DNA from: Actinomycetes bacterium
GTDB lineage: Bacteria > Actinomycetota > Acidimicrobiia > Acidimicrobiales > JAKAVM01
Assembly: GCA_021817065.1 (NCBI GenBank)
Contig: JAKAWH010000005.1
Coordinates: 1 to 60,811, forward strand
Reading direction: 5' to 3'
DNA length: 60,811 bases
The notes under the pieces were generated by a model. It saw only the letters and a program-made list of their open reading frames with translations, did not search any database and had not been told where the DNA came from. The position numbers and the translations under genes are program-made. This document shows, one piece after another, positions 58,372-60,811 of the stretch. Each line of letters starts with the position of its first letter. Positions within the stretch are counted from its first letter, which is position 1.

Positions 58372-58406
58372 AGGAACTCCTAATGCTAGCCGTAGGATGA
58401 GTTCAC

Positions 58407-58967
58407 ATGATTAGCGCAGGCGGGATCCCCGCTTCCGCCCGTTCCCGGAAATGGATCGTTGCCGCTATGGCCATAACGGCCGCTCTGGCCGCGTCGGCCC
58501 AGTTCGTTCCGATGATCTTCGCCGCCTCTCATAGCCGGGGGGCCAACGACCGTGCTGCAGCCGCGTCGGGGAGAGCCCAATCGGTTCCCGGACAGCCCAT
58601 TGCCACCTCCTTCGGCCCGCTGGACGCCGGTGGCGAGCCACCTTCCAACGTCCTGGCCGCTCTCGAGATCCCGGCCGGCTCCGAGGTGGTCGAGCGTAAG
58701 AGCTTCGACGGAAATGCCGGCTCCTATGACAGAGCGGTTACCTTCTCCAGCTCTCTTGGGTCCGCAGAAATCCTTGCTTTTTACAAAGGATCCCTTGCTC
58801 GCCACGGGTGGAAGGTTTCAGGAGAATTCCCGGTGCCCCACGCTCCCGGGAGGGAGGTGCTCGCCCAGCATGCCGGTGATGATGGTAATTATTGGGAGGT
58901 TGGGGTGTCCACGCCTAGGCCGCATTCTTTCGCCGTGCGCATCCAGTTGGTCGACAACCAGGAGTAA
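58407..58967 (+). CDS. exported or membrane-anchored hypothetical protein
   Basis: N-terminal hydrophobic helix, FYKGSLARHGWKV motif, TAGGAT -10 8 nt before the ATG. Confidence 0.7.
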   Translation: MISAGGIPASARSRKWIVAAMAITAALAASAQFVPMIFAASHSRGANDRAAAASGRAQSVPGQPIATSFGPLDAGGEPPSNVLAALEIPAGSEVVERKSFDGNAGSYDRAVTFSSSLGSAEILAFYKGSLARHGWKVSGEFPVPHAPGREVLAQHAGDDGNYWEVGVSTPRPHSFAVRIQLVDNQE

Positions 58968-59108
58968 GCCACGGTCGGCGGAGGCGTCCTCCCCAAGGGA
59001 ACGCCCTGCGTAAGCTTCTGCGCGCTCGCCGGGCCCGTTCTAAGCTCCCTCCATGAATGCAGGAGGAAGGGATCCCCGCATGAACTGGGTCGCTTTGCGG
59101 GACCGACC

Positions 59109-60454
59109 ATGTTGCAGCCCGGCTCGGTGAGGAGACTGATCCGGGGCTATACCTACCGCACCGATGGCAGCCGGCTGGCACACCAGGCGGCAGTGGTCGC
59201 CGGAGCGTTCGCCGCTCTCGAAGTCACCGACACACATCTTTTCCCTCATCGGGTGCCCCAGGGTGAGCTCGTCTTCGGCTGCCTGGTGGGGCTGACCTAC
59301 GCGCTGCTGGCCATCGCGCTCATCCTTGTATACAAGGCCAACCGGATCATCAACTTCGCGGTCGCGGAGTTCGGGGTGTTCGGCGCCATTGTTTTCCAGA
59401 ATCTACAGGGCGAACACCTTCCCTGGTTCGCCTCCCTCCTCGCCGGGATCACCTCCGCGGGGGCCGCGGGGTTCGTGATGGAGCGCTTCCTGGCGCGCCG
59501 GTTCGCGCGATCGAGCCGGCTCATCCTCTCCGTCGCCACCATCGGGATGGCCCAGTTCGTCGCGTTCGGCGAGATCGAGGTTGCCAGGCATTTCGGGACC
59601 ATCCCCGCGTCAGGCGGGCTGCGAACCCCGCTTTCGGACTTCACTTTCGTGATCGGCGGCGCGACCTTCGACGGCAACGCAATCCTCCTGGCAGTTGTGG
59701 CGGTGGCGACCCTGATCGCCCTGGAGGTGTTCCTCCACCGAAGCGCCTACGGCATCGCTCTCCGGGCGGCGGCGGAGAACGCTCCCCGAGCTGCACTGCT
59801 CGGAATTCCGGTGAAGAAGGTGTCAACGCTCGCCTGGGTGATCGCTGCCGTCATCGCCGGCATAGCCACTGTGCTTCACGCTCCTATGACCGGTGTAATC
59901 GCCGGTGGCACGGTGGTGGGGCCGACCCTCCTCTACAAGTCACTCGCGGTGGCAGTCATCGCCGACTTCTCGGACCTCCGGGTGGCGGTCCTGGCGGGCC
60001 TCCTCCTCGGAATGGTGGGGCAGTCGATCACCTACGCGTACTCCGGGTCGCCGATCACCGACGCGATGTACATCGCAGTCATCATCGCGGTGTTGCTCGC
60101 GAGGTGCCCCCAGGTGGGCCGCATTGTGGACGCCGCAGCTTCTAGCTGGAAGACGATCAGCGAGGTGCGCCGGATTCCTCGTTCCGCAGCTCGGGAACCG
60201 CGGGTCGTGTCGGTGCGCGCCGGGGCGGTGATCTCCGCTTCGGTGCTCTTGGTCGCCGGACCACTTGGATTGTCGGGCACCTACCGGTTCGACGCGTCCG
60301 ACGTCCTGGTGTTTGCTCTTGTCGCAATCTCCTGCGTTGTGGTCACCGGCTGCAGTGGGCAGATCAGCCTCGGCCAGTTCGCCCTGGCTGCTGTGGGCGC
60401 GGTGACCTCGGGCAAGCTCTTTGCCCAAGCGCATTGGGATTTCTTCGCCTCCAT
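59109..60454 (+). pseudogene. fused LivH/LivM-type ABC permease interrupted by an IS
   Basis: LivH motifs (LVYKANRIINFA, GIALRAAAEN...LLGIP), then the start of LivM (GQISLGQFAL). The frame turns non-hydrophobic at the IS end and stops at 60515. Confidence 0.75.
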
Positions 60455-60811
60455 CAATCCGCCCCGAGGGGACTGGGGCTTGAAGCCGTCAGGGGAATCG
60501 GGGCTCGGGCCGTAAGCCCGACATCTCGGTCGGATGTCACAGCTCTCCCGTATAGTGATTGAGCAATGTCTACTGCCCGGTTTCGTCGCTCCTCCGGAGG
60601 CGTCACATCTCTCGGCCTACACGTGGTGTGGTGTCCGAAATACCGCAAGCGGCTGCTCGGCGAGCGGGTCGCAGTCCGGTTGAACGGGCTACTCGAGGAG
60701 ATCGCAGACGACCACGGCTGGGAGATAGTCGCCAGCGAGGTTATGCCCGACCACCTACACATCTTTGTGCGGGTTCGGGCCACCGACTCCCCGGCTGAGG
60801 TCGTCCGAGCA
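60455..60811 (+). mobile_element. IS200/IS605 family element, left part
   Basis: Bulged subterminal hairpin GCCCCGAG-GGGA-CTGGGGC (60461-60479), further hairpins at 60506-60538, followed by tnpA. The left boundary is approximate. Confidence 0.85.
60566..60811 (+). CDS. tnpA: IS200/IS605 Y1 (HUH) transposase TnpA, truncated by the window end
   Basis: Manual translation MSTARFRRSSGGVTSLGLHVVWCPKYRKRLL...EVMPDHLHIFV; TATAGT -10 at 60551-60556. Confidence 0.93.
   Translation, partial: MSTARFRRSSGGVTSLGLHVVWCPKYRKRLLGERVAVRLNGLLEEIADDHGWEIVASEVMPDHLHIFVRVRATDSPAEVVRA

Overview
High-GC actinobacterial chromosome segment, most likely class Acidimicrobiia (inferred from gene order, the acidic N-terminal extension of CdsA and the GYWLVAxDGGVFAFGD-repeat exoprotein). 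The backbone is a long minus-strand housekeeping run: xerC-whiG/fliA-rpsB-tsf-pyrH-frr-cdsA-dxr-rseP-ispG ... nusA-infB-rbfA-truB-ribF-rpsO-pnp-dapB ... dapA-rnj-ftsK-thrB-queF-pgsA-cinA-dedA-recA ... miaB-miaA-dapF-hflX-dapC ... dapD. Accessory inserts interrupt it: (1) a GH5 endoglycoceramidase-like lipoprotein gene lying exactly between two copies of a 10-bp direct repeat at the dapC/dapD junction; (2) a ~1,525-aa S53 protease/IPT/repeat exoprotein gene bracketed by a 14-bp inverted repeat, plus three coupled unknown ORFs, between miaB and recA; (3) a 360-aa LAGLIDADG intein in recA with a low-GC tract extending into the C-extein; (4) a TetR-TetR-diiron ferritin-like module with a readable operator; (5) thpR plus three tandem PilZ paralogs where rimP/proS usually lie, with an antisense sigma28-like promoter. 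The right end holds an MFS gene, bioF-bioD, an orphan secreted protein, tRNA-Cys, and an ABC permease gene interrupted by an IS200/IS605 element. Several start codons were reassigned by hand from the ORF track. No database searches were run.
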